Assembly: GCA_964527965.1 (NCBI GenBank)
Contig: CAZGPH010000001.1
Coordinates: forward strand, 150,657 to 214,656
From: an uncultured Marinoscillum sp.
GTDB lineage: Bacteria; Bacteroidota; Bacteroidia; Cytophagales; MED-G16
Direction: 5' to 3'
DNA length: 64,000 nt
Shown: one piece after another, positions 56,061 to 64,000 of the stretch
Layout: each line of letters begins with the position of its first letter
Numbering within the stretch: the stretch's first letter is position 1
The notes under the pieces: model-generated
The model's input: the letters and a program-made list of their open reading frames with translations, nothing else
What the model was told of the DNA's origin: nothing
Databases searched by the model: none
Made by a program: the position numbers and the translations under genes

Positions 56061-58469
56061 TTAAATTTTAAAATTAATAGTTAACATATAATTTCTTACA
56101 GCTTGTGGGTAATAGTAGTTTTCTCTTACCTCATAGTTTAATCCACCATAATAACCAAAGGTATACCCATTATTAGAATACACTTCATTAAAAATATTAT
56201 TTATTGAAAACTTAAAATATAAATTTTTTAAAAAATTATTATTCAAATTAACATTTAGTTCAAAGTCGTTCAGTAAAAAAGGATCTATTGATCTTTTTGA
56301 ATCTGAAGTGTTATCTAGATACTGTTTTCCTACAAACTTAGATTTGAGGGAGACACTAAATGGCTTTTTAAAAGCCCATATTATTGAGTTATTAACTATT
56401 ATGTTTGGGGAGAAAGAAATGTCAGTTTTCTTATATTTATTAATTATTGTGTTGAATTCACTGAAGTCATTTCCGTAATCATATAAATATTCATTGAAAT
56501 TGAAAACATAGTTTTTAGATAATGATAAAGAGGAATTTATATTGATTTTTTGAGTATTTATTAGATTAGATATTTCAACTCCAAACCTTCTGCTTTTTTT
56601 AACATTTGTCCTAATATTAGCCCCAACATCATTAATTTCTCCTGTGGTTATAAGTTGATTATTATATTCCATCCAGAAAAAGTTTGTTGTCAAGGAACCC
56701 ATTTTATAATTAAAAATTTTTCCTAACTCTAAATCGTATAAGGTCTCATGTTTTGGTGTTTCATTAGAGTCAATAAAATCACTTCTTATAGGTTCTCTGT
56801 TTGCTATGGAAAACGAACTATATAAACTTAATTTTTTACTTAATTGATTTGTAATCCCGATTTTAGGATTAAAAAAAACATTTTTAGAATTAATCTTAAT
56901 TTTTGACTTGTCATTGTCTGTTCCGTTACTATTATGAGAATAACTCCTTAATTGTAGTTCAGTAAAGAGCTCTGTATTACTAGAGATATTAATATTGTAT
57001 TTTGTGAAAACATTCGCATCTTTTTTAGTTGATCCAGAAAAATAATAAGGTTCTGAAAAGAAGACATCAACTGAACCTGATGAAATAATTTCTCCAAAAT
57101 GGTCTCCATCATACTTATTTAATGCTCCCCCAATATTTAAAGAACTATTATTAAATTCTTTTAGAAAAGAATATGTAATACCATAAAAATGATTTTTTAA
57201 CCACCTCCTTCTAACTAAGTCTGTTGTCTTATCTTCCCCAAACTCATAATAGTTTTTTAAGTTATCAGCTTCTCTATATTGTTCGTAATAACCTCTTCCA
57301 AAAGTATAATGAAATGTAAGATGTAGATTAGTGTTTTTTGAAAAACTATGATTTACATGAGTCTGGTAGTGATCTTGCTGGTAATTGTCAGTTTCATTAT
57401 CATAAGTATAATAATTAAATGTTCTGCCTGCTTCCAATAAGTTCTTAGCTTGTAAATCAGTATATCCATTGTTAATAATAACCTGATTCATTCCTTCTAT
57501 ATCATTTGATAATCTAGACTCTGGTGTTCCCCACCATGATTGATATGTTTTTTCTTTTCCTGAAAAATTTATAAAATCAATCGATGTTTTTTTTGAATAA
57601 TAACTAGCTGAGGCATAGTAAGATTTTAAGTCTGAAGATGCTCTGTCTATATAGCCGTCCGATGTAATTTTTGAAAGTCTTAAGTTAAAGTTTAATGCAT
57701 TTTTTATAAGTCCAGAGTTTATTTCAAATGAATTTTTAAAAGTTTTAAATGATCCCCCAGAAGAAGAATAATTTATTGTAAATTTTTCTGATAAATTTCC
57801 GGTCTTAATACTAACAGTTCCACCAAAAGCTCCACCCCCATTTGTTGATGAACCCACACCTCTTTGAACTTGTATACTGCTAGAAGATGAAGCAAGATCC
57901 GGCATATTTACCCAGAAGACACCATGTGACTCTGAGTCATTATATGGAACCCCATTTATTGTAACATTTATTCTAGTGGCATCACTTCCTCTTATTCTAA
58001 CCCCTGTGTATCCTACCCCATTTCCAGCATCAGATGTTGAATAAGCCGAAGGTGTTGACTGAATTAGAAAAGGAATATCTCTGCCAATATTGTTTTCCTC
58101 TATAAAATTTCTTGAGATATTTGAAAATGCAAATGGACTGTTTTCTTTAACTCTAGTTGAGGTAACTTTAATTTCATCACTTAGCAAGATGCCATCTTCA
58201 AGTGTGATTTCATAATATTTTTTTTCGTTTGATATTATTGTAATCTCCTTAGTTATATAACCGACATGAGATATAGATATTTTAAATTTTTCTGATGGAA
58301 TTTTAATGTAAAAATCACCTTTAATATTAGAGAATAATACCTCCTTAGTGGAAGAGATGTAAATGTTTGCGCCTGATATAATATTACCTTTTGAATCCTT
58401 AATGTTACCCTCTACAAGGTCTTGAGAAAAGGCAGTAAAACTTAAATAAATAAAAAAAAGTATCCTCAT
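56061..58469 (-). CDS. TonB-dependent outer-membrane receptor with an N-terminal carboxypeptidase-regulatory-like domain
   Basis: 802 aa. Signal peptide, CarbopepD_reg-like segment (VEGNIKDSKGNIISGANIYI), plug domain (VRIRGSDATRINVTINGVP) and a long beta-barrel ending ...MLTINFKI. Confidence 0.9.
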   Translation of the reverse strand: MRILFFIYLSFTAFSQDLVEGNIKDSKGNIISGANIYISSTKEVLFSNIKGDFYIKIPSEKFKISISHVGYITKEITIISNEKKYYEITLEDGILLSDEIKVTSTRVKENSPFAFSNISRNFIEENNIGRDIPFLIQSTPSAYSTSDAGNGVGYTGVRIRGSDATRINVTINGVPYNDSESHGVFWVNMPDLASSSSSIQVQRGVGSSTNGGGAFGGTVSIKTGNLSEKFTINYSSSGGSFKTFKNSFEINSGLIKNALNFNLRLSKITSDGYIDRASSDLKSYYASASYYSKKTSIDFINFSGKEKTYQSWWGTPESRLSNDIEGMNQVIINNGYTDLQAKNLLEAGRTFNYYTYDNETDNYQQDHYQTHVNHSFSKNTNLHLTFHYTFGRGYYEQYREADNLKNYYEFGEDKTTDLVRRRWLKNHFYGITYSFLKEFNNSSLNIGGALNKYDGDHFGEIISSGSVDVFFSEPYYFSGSTKKDANVFTKYNINISSNTELFTELQLRSYSHNSNGTDNDKSKIKINSKNVFFNPKIGITNQLSKKLSLYSSFSIANREPIRSDFIDSNETPKHETLYDLELGKIFNYKMGSLTTNFFWMEYNNQLITTGEINDVGANIRTNVKKSRRFGVEISNLINTQKININSSLSLSKNYVFNFNEYLYDYGNDFSEFNTIINKYKKTDISFSPNIIVNNSIIWAFKKPFSVSLKSKFVGKQYLDNTSDSKRSIDPFLLNDFELNVNLNNNFLKNLYFKFSINNIFNEVYSNNGYTFGYYGGLNYEVRENYYYPQAVRNYMLTINFKI

Positions 58470-58520
58470 AACGTAAAATTTTAAATATGGGGACTTGAAA
58501 AAGAATAATATAATATTTTA

Positions 58521-58598
58521 TCTTTTCTACGCCAGCATTACCTGGATCAGTTTTAAGAGTATAATCTCAGCCCTTATTTTTAAGGCACCCCCTAGGAA
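58521..58598 (-). promoter_or_regulatory. TPP (THI-box) riboswitch aptamer upstream of the TonB-dependent receptor
   Basis: The minus-strand RNA reads UUCCUAGGGGGUGCCUUAAAAAUAAGGGCUGAGAUUAUACUCUUAAAACUGAUCCAGGUAAUGCUGGCGUAGAAAAGA. It contains the hallmark GGGGUGC...GGCUGAGA...CUGAUCCAGGUAAUGCUGGCGUAG elements of the TPP riboswitch, with a P3 hairpin GCCUUA/UAAGGGC. It lies in the 138-nt gap 5' of the receptor ATG (58469). Confidence 0.85.
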
Positions 58599-58607
58599 CA
58601 AAAGTAA

Positions 58608-59111
58608 TTAATAATTATTAATAATTTTTAGAGCAGAACTTATTCTTTTAGAAACAGAACCCTCTATAATAAAATAATTTAATTTTTTTTCTTTCATGAC
58701 AGATTTAAACTCCTCATAAATGCTTTCTCTATTATATTGATTTTCTCTCAACTTATCATATTCCCAAGGAATATCTGGTTTACATAACAAGTAAAAGTCA
58801 AACTCTTCTTTTCTTGATAAATCTAATATCTTTTCATCTACCTTATTATATTTTATTTTGCTCCAAAGTTCAATATCTAGGACACAAGTATCTACAATTA
58901 AATAATTTCCTCCTCTAACTATTTCTTTCCTTATTAATTGATCTTGTTTTTTAGCAATTGTTTTAAGATCGGTAACGTCATAATCTGTTTTTTTTTCTAA
59001 ATATTTTCTTGAATACTCCTCACAAAGTTTACAGTCTAATTTTTGAGAAAGAGACAGTGCCAAAGTACTTTTTCCTGAAGACTCAGGTCCAACTATACTA
59101 ATCTTTATCAT
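58608..59111 (-). CDS. P-loop ATPase/kinase resembling the ribosylnicotinamide-kinase domain of NadR
   Basis: 167 aa with Walker A IVGPESSGKSTL. It overlaps the pnuC-like gene by 14 nt, the typical PnuC-plus-NadR-like pairing. Confidence 0.65.
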   Translation of the reverse strand: MIKISIVGPESSGKSTLALSLSQKLDCKLCEEYSRKYLEKKTDYDVTDLKTIAKKQDQLIRKEIVRGGNYLIVDTCVLDIELWSKIKYNKVDEKILDLSRKEEFDFYLLCKPDIPWEYDKLRENQYNRESIYEEFKSVMKEKKLNYFIIEGSVSKRISSALKIINNY

Positions 59112-59658
59112 TTTCTAAACTTTTTTTCCATTCAAAATATCCTGATACAGCTAAAATTAGAAAAATAAAATATTGAACACTAGTAATGTAAAGACCTTTA
59201 TATATGAAAAGAGGGATGTATATAATGTCTGCTATAATCCAAAAGATCCAGTTTTCTAATTTTCTTCTAGCAAGAAGTAACATCGCTGTTAAACTAAGTG
59301 CTGTGGTTATACTATCTAGAAAAACAACATCACTATCTGTCATTTTAAGAATTAAAAATAAAATAACAAAAAAAACAACAAATAAGATTAGATAAATTCC
59401 GTTTTCAGATTTTTTATTTCTTGAAATATTTTTTTTGATTTTAGTGTTTTTAGATGTCCATAATATCCACCCATAAACACTCATTATAAAATAATATAAG
59501 TTAATACCGGCTTCGGCATAAATTTTATTCTCATATGTTATATATACATAAATTAAGACACTAACGATGCCAGTTGGAAAAACAAGCACGTTATTTTTCC
59601 TTGCGAACCATACACTCACTACCCCAGCAAGGGAGGCAATTATTTCTAAGATTGACAT
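59098..59658 (-). CDS. pnuC: PnuC-family vitamin (nicotinamide riboside type) transporter
   Basis: 186 aa with about seven TM segments. N-terminal EIIASLAGVVSVWFARKNNVLVFPTGIVSVLIYVYI and the SVYGWILW motif are characteristic of PnuC proteins. Confidence 0.8.
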   Translation of the reverse strand: MSILEIIASLAGVVSVWFARKNNVLVFPTGIVSVLIYVYITYENKIYAEAGINLYYFIMSVYGWILWTSKNTKIKKNISRNKKSENGIYLILFVVFFVILFLILKMTDSDVVFLDSITTALSLTAMLLLARRKLENWIFWIIADIIYIPLFIYKGLYITSVQYFIFLILAVSGYFEWKKSLENDKD

Positions 59659-59700
59659 TTAATAATATAAAAAGAATTTTTTAACTCAATTATAATGCAT

Positions 59701-59708
59701 TAGTTTTG
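59701..59708 (+). promoter_or_regulatory. Candidate Bacteroidota -7 promoter box (TAnnTTTG) for guaB
   Basis: TAGTTTTG lies 31 nt upstream of the guaB ATG in the 80-nt divergent gap with pnuC. Confidence 0.3.
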
Positions 59709-59738
59709 CTTGGCAAATAGTTAAATCTCTTATTTGCC

Positions 59739-61199
59739 ATGAAAAACAAGTCATTATTCCAACACGAAGCACTAACATTTGACGATGTGCTCTTAGTTCC
59801 ATCTTACTCAGAAATAGTACCTGCTGATACGGATGTGACATCCTTTTTAACTAGAAATATTGGTATTAACATACCTATTGTATCTGCCTCTATGGATACA
59901 GTTACAGAATCAAGATTAGCTATTGCTATTGCTTTGAAAGGAGGAATGGGAATAGTTCATAAAAACATGAGTGTAGATAAGCAAGCTGAAGAAGTTAGGA
60001 GAGTGAAAAGGTCACAAAGTGGTATGATAAAAGATCCTATAACCATGAATAAAAACTCTAACGTTAAAGATGCATTGTCTATTATGAAAAAACATCAAAT
60101 AGGAGGCATTCCAATTATAAATTCAAAAAATGAATTAATTGGAATAGTAACGAATAGAGATTTGAGATTTCAAAAAGATAACTCAACTGAGATATCTAAG
60201 ATTATGACTAAGAAGCTCATAACAGCAAAAACAGGAATTAGTCTTGATAGTGCTGAAAAAATTTTAAAGAAACATAAGATAGAAAAACTTCCAATTGTTG
60301 AAGGCAAAAAGTTTGTTGGATTAATAACTTATAAAGATATTTTAAAAAGTAAATCAATGCCTGATGCGTGTAAAGATCAGTTAGGAAGATTAAGGGTTGG
60401 TGCTGCAATTGGTGTTTCAGATGATTGGGAAGAAAGGATAGAAAAGTTAATTAATTCTAGTGTTGATGTAATATCTATTGACACAGCCCATGCACATTCC
60501 AAGTCAGTATTAGATCTCCTTAAAATAATTAAGAAAAATTATTCAGTTGATGTTGTTGTAGGCAATGTTGCAACTGGTGAAGCAGCAAAAAAACTTGTAG
60601 ACTTTGGAGCAGATGCGGTCAAGGTAGGAGTGGGTCCAGGTAGTATTTGTACAACAAGAATTATAGCTGGGGTCGGAATGCCTCAACTATCAGCGATACA
60701 TAATGTTTCTAATAAAATTAAAGGAACAGGCGTCCCTGTCATTGCAGACGGTGGTATAAGATTTTCTGGAGATGTTGTCAAAGCATTAGCTGCAGGCGCA
60801 AACTCTGTAATGATAGGTTCTTTATTAGCTGGAACAGAAGAAACTCCAGGGGATATAATTTTATATGAAGGAAGAAAATATAAAGCTTATAGGGGTATGG
60901 GTTCAGTTGAGGCAATGGAGGCTGGCACTAAAGATAGGTATTTCCAGCAAAATGAGGATAATCCCAAAAAATTGGTTCCAGAGGGAATTGTAGGAAGGGT
61001 TCCCTACAAGGGGGATTTGTCAGAGGTTATTTATCAACTAACAGGGGGTTTGAGAGCAGGTATGGGATATGTAGGTGCAAAAAATATTTCTAAACTACAA
61101 GAAGCTTCTTTTGTAAGAATAACAAATGCAGGATCAATTGAAGGTCATCCCCATGATGTCTTTATTACAAGAGAGTCTCCTAATTATTCAAAGAAATAA
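59739..61199 (+). CDS. guaB: IMP dehydrogenase
   Basis: [14 protein letters not shown], a CBS pair and the catalytic loop [12 protein letters not shown]-terminal [12 protein letters not shown]. Confidence 0.95.
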   Translation: MKNKSLFQHEALTFDDVLLVPSYSEIVPADTDVTSFLTRNIGINIPIVSASMDTVTESRLAIAIALKGGMGIVHKNMSVDKQAEEVRRVKRSQSGMIKDPITMNKNSNVKDALSIMKKHQIGGIPIINSKNELIGIVTNRDLRFQKDNSTEISKIMTKKLITAKTGISLDSAEKILKKHKIEKLPIVEGKKFVGLITYKDILKSKSMPDACKDQLGRLRVGAAIGVSDDWEERIEKLINSSVDVISIDTAHAHSKSVLDLLKIIKKNYSVDVVVGNVATGEAAKKLVDFGADAVKVGVGPGSICTTRIIAGVGMPQLSAIHNVSNKIKGTGVPVIADGGIRFSGDVVKALAAGANSVMIGSLLAGTEETPGDIILYEGRKYKAYRGMGSVEAMEAGTKDRYFQQNEDNPKKLVPEGIVGRVPYKGDLSEVIYQLTGGLRAGMGYVGAKNISKLQEASFVRITNAGSIEGHPHDVFITRESPNYSKK

Positions 61200-61223
61200 T
61201 TTATTCTTTCTTACTTTTGAAGG

Positions 61224-62768
61224 ATGGCTCTAAGAATTAACCCCAATTTTTATCTAATAACAGGATCTTTGTTTTGGGTTCTCTATTCTTTCCTTCATAT
61301 AATACTTTTTTTTGAGGATCAAACTTTTTACTCTCCAACATACAGACTTATTTATCTTATTTTATTGGGTTCATTCGTTTTCTCTTTTTACAAATATTAT
61401 GATTTAGTTTTCCCTAAGATTAGTAGAAAGGTAATTTTTACCAATTTTTTTAAACTTTTTATTTATAGTATAAAAGCAATTTTTCCTATTGTATTAATAT
61501 ACATACTATATTTATTTAAAATTGGAGATAATTTTATTTACTATCCTGTTTTTTCGAATTTAATCAATGAATTTGTCACCGGAATTTCTTTATTATTTCT
61601 TATAATAAATTTTATTTTTTTTAAAAGACTCATACTTTTTGAATCTACTTCAATTATGAAATCTATTTTCTGGTTGTTTCAGTATGGAGCAATAATTATT
61701 TTCCTTTTTGATATAATTTATAATTTCTATCCTTCTCCTATCTACCAATATTTTCTTGGCTTATTATTTATGATAGGAGCAATTTTATTTTTTAATCAGA
61801 AATGGATTGCATATCTGCACTTTGATCAGAAATGGAAAACTATACTTATATGTTTTTTTCTGTTAGGTTCTAATATACTTATTTATCAGTTTTTTTCTTT
61901 AAATAATAATTTCTTTACCCCTTATTTTAATATTCAAAGTTTACTGTTTTTTGTATTATTGATATCCTTTAACTTTAGTTATATTTCCATATCAGTTCTT
62001 ATAAACATATTTAATTTACCTACTTCTCCTGTTTTTGATGATATTGAAAATGAAAGGTATATTGCAAGAAAGGTACAAGAAAATTTAATTCCAAATTCAC
62101 TCCCTAACTCTAAAAAATTAAAAATAACTTCGTCGTATATGCCACACTATGCGTTGGGGGGAGATTATTATGATTACATATCCTTAGGGGAAGATAAGTT
62201 TTTAATTTGTATAGCAGACGTTTCAGGAAAAGGAATTCCTGCAGCGTTATTAATGTCTAATGTTCAGGCTTCCCTTAGGACAATGGTAAGACATTCTCAA
62301 AATCTGAAAAAAATTGTTGAAGAACTAAATTTTCAAATCAATTTAAGAGGATTGAGTGAAAGGTTTGTTAGTATTTTTATAGCTGTCTACGATTATAAAT
62401 CACAAGTATTAGAATATGTTAACTGTGGGCACCCTCATCCAATAATTTATTATGATAAAAAAGTAGAAACTCTTGATAAAGGTTCTACAGTTTTAGGAAT
62501 GTTTTCTGAATTACCTAAGATTGATGTTTCTAAGGTTAAAATAAAAAATGATTTTAATGTCTTCTGTTATACTGATGGTCTTATAGAAACACAAAATGAT
62601 TTTGGCGAATTTTATGGCTCAAAGAGATTATTAAAGCTTTTCTCAGATACAAAAAAGAAACCTCAAAAATTTATTAAGTTAGTAATAGATGATCTTAATA
62701 ATTTTAGGGGAAACAATTTAACTGATGATGATATAACTCTGTTGATGACAAAAGTTAAGAATGGATAA
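61224..62768 (+). CDS. Polytopic membrane SpoIIE/PP2C-family serine phosphatase (RsbU-like)
   Basis: The N-terminal ~270 aa are strongly hydrophobic with multiple TM segments. The C-terminal PP2C domain has LGGDYYDY, ICIADVSGKGIPAALLMS and CYTDGLIE. Confidence 0.8.
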   Translation: MALRINPNFYLITGSLFWVLYSFLHIILFFEDQTFYSPTYRLIYLILLGSFVFSFYKYYDLVFPKISRKVIFTNFFKLFIYSIKAIFPIVLIYILYLFKIGDNFIYYPVFSNLINEFVTGISLLFLIINFIFFKRLILFESTSIMKSIFWLFQYGAIIIFLFDIIYNFYPSPIYQYFLGLLFMIGAILFFNQKWIAYLHFDQKWKTILICFFLLGSNILIYQFFSLNNNFFTPYFNIQSLLFFVLLISFNFSYISISVLINIFNLPTSPVFDDIENERYIARKVQENLIPNSLPNSKKLKITSSYMPHYALGGDYYDYISLGEDKFLICIADVSGKGIPAALLMSNVQASLRTMVRHSQNLKKIVEELNFQINLRGLSERFVSIFIAVYDYKSQVLEYVNCGHPHPIIYYDKKVETLDKGSTVLGMFSELPKIDVSKVKIKNDFNVFCYTDGLIETQNDFGEFYGSKRLLKLFSDTKKKPQKFIKLVIDDLNNFRGNNLTDDDITLLMTKVKNG

Positions 62769-63597
62769 TAAAATATTAATATTTCTTATAGCACTTTTAA
62801 GTTCTTGTGGTTTAATTATAAGTCAAGACCAAGATAAAAAAGGGGTAATTGCAAAGGTTGGAGAAGCTTATTTGTATGATGATGATATTATTTATAATTC
62901 ATCTCTTGGTGACAGTACAGTTATATATAATAGTCAAATTAACGCCTGGATTACAAAACAATTGATATTAAATTCAGCTTTTCAGAACGAAAACGTTATG
63001 AGCCAAATAGAAAGAAAAGTTGAAGATTACAAAGAAAGCTTAATGCTATTTGAATTTGAGAAGTATCTATACGCTAATTCAATGGATATAAAAATTTCAG
63101 AAGATCAAATTTCTAATTATTACAATGAAAATAAAGATGATTTTATTTTACCTTTCAATTTAATTAAAACAATATACGCTAAATTACCTCTTGACGCTCC
63201 TTCCATTAATACTTTTAGAAATAATTTAAGAAAATATCCTGATTCGGATACTTCAGAAGTCATTTCTTATTGTTTTCAGTTTGCTGAAAAATCTTTTCTA
63301 GAGGACTCAACTTGGATCAAATTTGATGATATCATTTTAAACATTCCCTTTCCCAGAGATTTAGACAAATCTAATTTCCTGAAATCAAGAACCTTTTATG
63401 AAATAAGAGAAGGTGACTATATTCATTTTATAAGGATATTAGATAAAAAATTAATTGGAGATTATTCTCCTCTTACCTTTGAGGAAGATATAATTAATAC
63501 AATCTTATTAAATAATAGAAAACAAGAATTATTTGATAACTTGCGTGATAGTATTTTTAACAACTCTGTGAGAGGTGTAGATTATGAAATATATTAA
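62761..63597 (+). CDS. Lipoprotein, possibly a SurA/PpiD-like periplasmic chaperone with no obvious parvulin domain
   Basis: Lipobox ALLSSCGL. The start VIAKVGEAYLYDDDI and the position directly upstream of a SurA-like gene suggest the chaperone family. I found no catalytic motif. Confidence 0.4.
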   Translation: MDNKILIFLIALLSSCGLIISQDQDKKGVIAKVGEAYLYDDDIIYNSSLGDSTVIYNSQINAWITKQLILNSAFQNENVMSQIERKVEDYKESLMLFEFEKYLYANSMDIKISEDQISNYYNENKDDFILPFNLIKTIYAKLPLDAPSINTFRNNLRKYPDSDTSEVISYCFQFAEKSFLEDSTWIKFDDIILNIPFPRDLDKSNFLKSRTFYEIREGDYIHFIRILDKKLIGDYSPLTFEEDIINTILLNNRKQELFDNLRDSIFNNSVRGVDYEIY

Positions 63598-64000
63598 ACT
63601 AACATATCTCTTTTTTTTATTTATTATTTCATCATATTCTTTCAAGGGTATTTCCCAAGAAAGCGCTGGTGTAGTTGTAGATGAAATAATAGTTAGGGTT
63701 GATGATTATATCGTATTAAGGTCGGAATTAGAAAGTACATACCTAGATATACTTTCCAGGGGAGAGAGAATTTCAGGAAACACAAAATGTGCTGTATTAA
63801 AAGATTTAATTACAAACAAGCTATTGGTTGCTAAAGCAGAAATCGATTCTATTTTAGTTGAGGACGGTCAAGTTGATCAAGAATTAAACTCTAGAATGGC
63901 TCTTATTATAAATCAGGTAGGCTCTGAAGATGAAATTGAAAAATATTATAACAAAACAATAGCCGAGTTTAAGAAAGAGCTTTTCGACGATATTAAAGAA
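63584..64000 (+). CDS. surA: SurA-like peptidyl-prolyl isomerase/chaperone, N-terminal 139 codons; the 3' end lies outside the window
   Basis: Absent from the ORF track because the frame is still open at the window edge. ATG 63584 gives MKYIKLTYLFFLFIISSYSFKGISQ (signal peptide) followed by VVDEIIVRVDDYIVLRSELE...LITNKLLVAKAE, typical of SurA N-terminal domains. It overlaps the upstream stop by 14 nt. Confidence 0.6.
   Translation, partial: MKYIKLTYLFFLFIISSYSFKGISQESAGVVVDEIIVRVDDYIVLRSELESTYLDILSRGERISGNTKCAVLKDLITNKLLVAKAEIDSILVEDGQVDQELNSRMALIINQVGSEDEIEKYYNKTIAEFKKELFDDIKE

Noticed and set aside
58470-58525. An intrinsic terminator in the riboswitch expression platform (GAAAAGA...UCUUUUUC hairpin).
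   Set aside because: The stem is purely A-U with a long loop and is not followed by a clean U-tract. That is too weak to call, so the mechanism is left open.
334-59395. About 35 ORFs of 60-160 aa in the track lie antisense to, or out of frame within, larger genes. Examples are 334..609, 590..826, 820..1125, 2575..2811, 3314..3682, 4210..4695, 10550..10801, 11098..11415, 13012..13221, 13986..14189, 22174..22539, 24490..24699, 49048..49419, 54281..54724 and 59204..59395.
   Set aside because: Each is fully embedded in a longer ORF with clear family motifs. Their translations are low-complexity and rich in F, L, S, K and I, as expected for shadow frames in AT-rich DNA. None has a recognisable motif.
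59659-59738. A possible second TPP riboswitch, or an NAD-related riboswitch, upstream of the pnuC-like gene.
   Set aside because: Reading both strands of the 80-nt gap shows no CUGAGA or ACCUGAUCUGG-type elements. I found only a TAnnTTTG-like box oriented toward guaB.
3168-62768. Treating the RsbW-like kinase (3168) and the SpoIIE phosphatase (61224) as one system within the window.
   Set aside because: They are 58 kb apart with no STAS protein or sigma factor linking them here. They are reported as separate orphan components.
1-64000. I looked for CRISPR arrays, tRNA or rRNA genes, transposases, integrases, phage genes, toxin-antitoxin pairs and known defence-system signatures.
   Set aside because: No gap is long enough for an rRNA, and I saw no tRNA-like sequence in any gap. 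I saw no direct-repeat array. No ORF has transposase, recombinase, nuclease-NTPase or other defence-type motifs. By eye the window is core chromosome. A tRNAscan or Infernal run would confirm the absence of RNA genes.

Overview
AT-rich, very gene-dense chromosomal segment that looks like a streamlined member of the Bacteroidota, class Flavobacteriia. Supporting evidence: gliding-motility genes (gldJ-like, gldE-gldD, gldB-like), the F. johnsoniae-type ssb-gldE-gldD arrangement, many lipoprotein signal peptides, A-rich start-codon contexts with no Shine-Dalgarno sequences, and TAnnTTTG promoter-like boxes.

I support about 60 protein genes, almost all housekeeping:
- DNA repair: mfd, recG, mutY, ssb, nth-like, uvrA.
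- Translation and RNA: prfA, prmC, ybeY, mnmG, dusB, rng.
- Lipid and beta-oxidation: fadB-like, fadA, cdsA, psd.
- Central metabolism: tpiA, gdhA, guaB, ribD.
- Envelope: dsbD, M23, M28 and M20 peptidases, and SurA-like chaperones.

I found no rRNA, tRNA, CRISPR array, transposase, integrase or other mobile element. A hand tally from the ORF coordinates gives only about 1.5 kb of non-coding DNA in 64 kb. All eight convergent gene junctions overlap at their stop codons.

Two features were missing from the ORF track:
1. A TPP (THI-box) riboswitch on the minus strand at about 58521..58598. It lies ahead of a TonB-dependent receptor and a small MTH1187/YkoF-like gene, and directly downstream of a pnuC-like transporter and a NadR-like P-loop kinase.
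2. A 29-codon, extremely basic micro-ORF (25265..25354) between a TPR gene and rng, resembling small ribosomal proteins of the bS22 class.

Other points worth a second look:
- A 1506-codon protein with no domain I recognise and no cysteine after its signal peptide.
- A translationally coupled MBL-hydrolase, cupin and PLP-decarboxylase operon.
- An endonuclease III homologue with no cysteines, so no 4Fe-4S ligands, while the nearby MutY keeps its cluster motif.
- A RidA homologue with a lipoprotein signal peptide in a prfA-yjbQ-ridA operon.
- Orphan partner-switching components: an RsbW-like kinase and a polytopic SpoIIE phosphatase.

I see no convincing defence island or clearly novel multi-gene system. 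The vitamin-uptake locus (55.8-59.7 kb) and the decarboxylase operon (42.1-44.8 kb) are the best candidates, and both claims are hypotheses.
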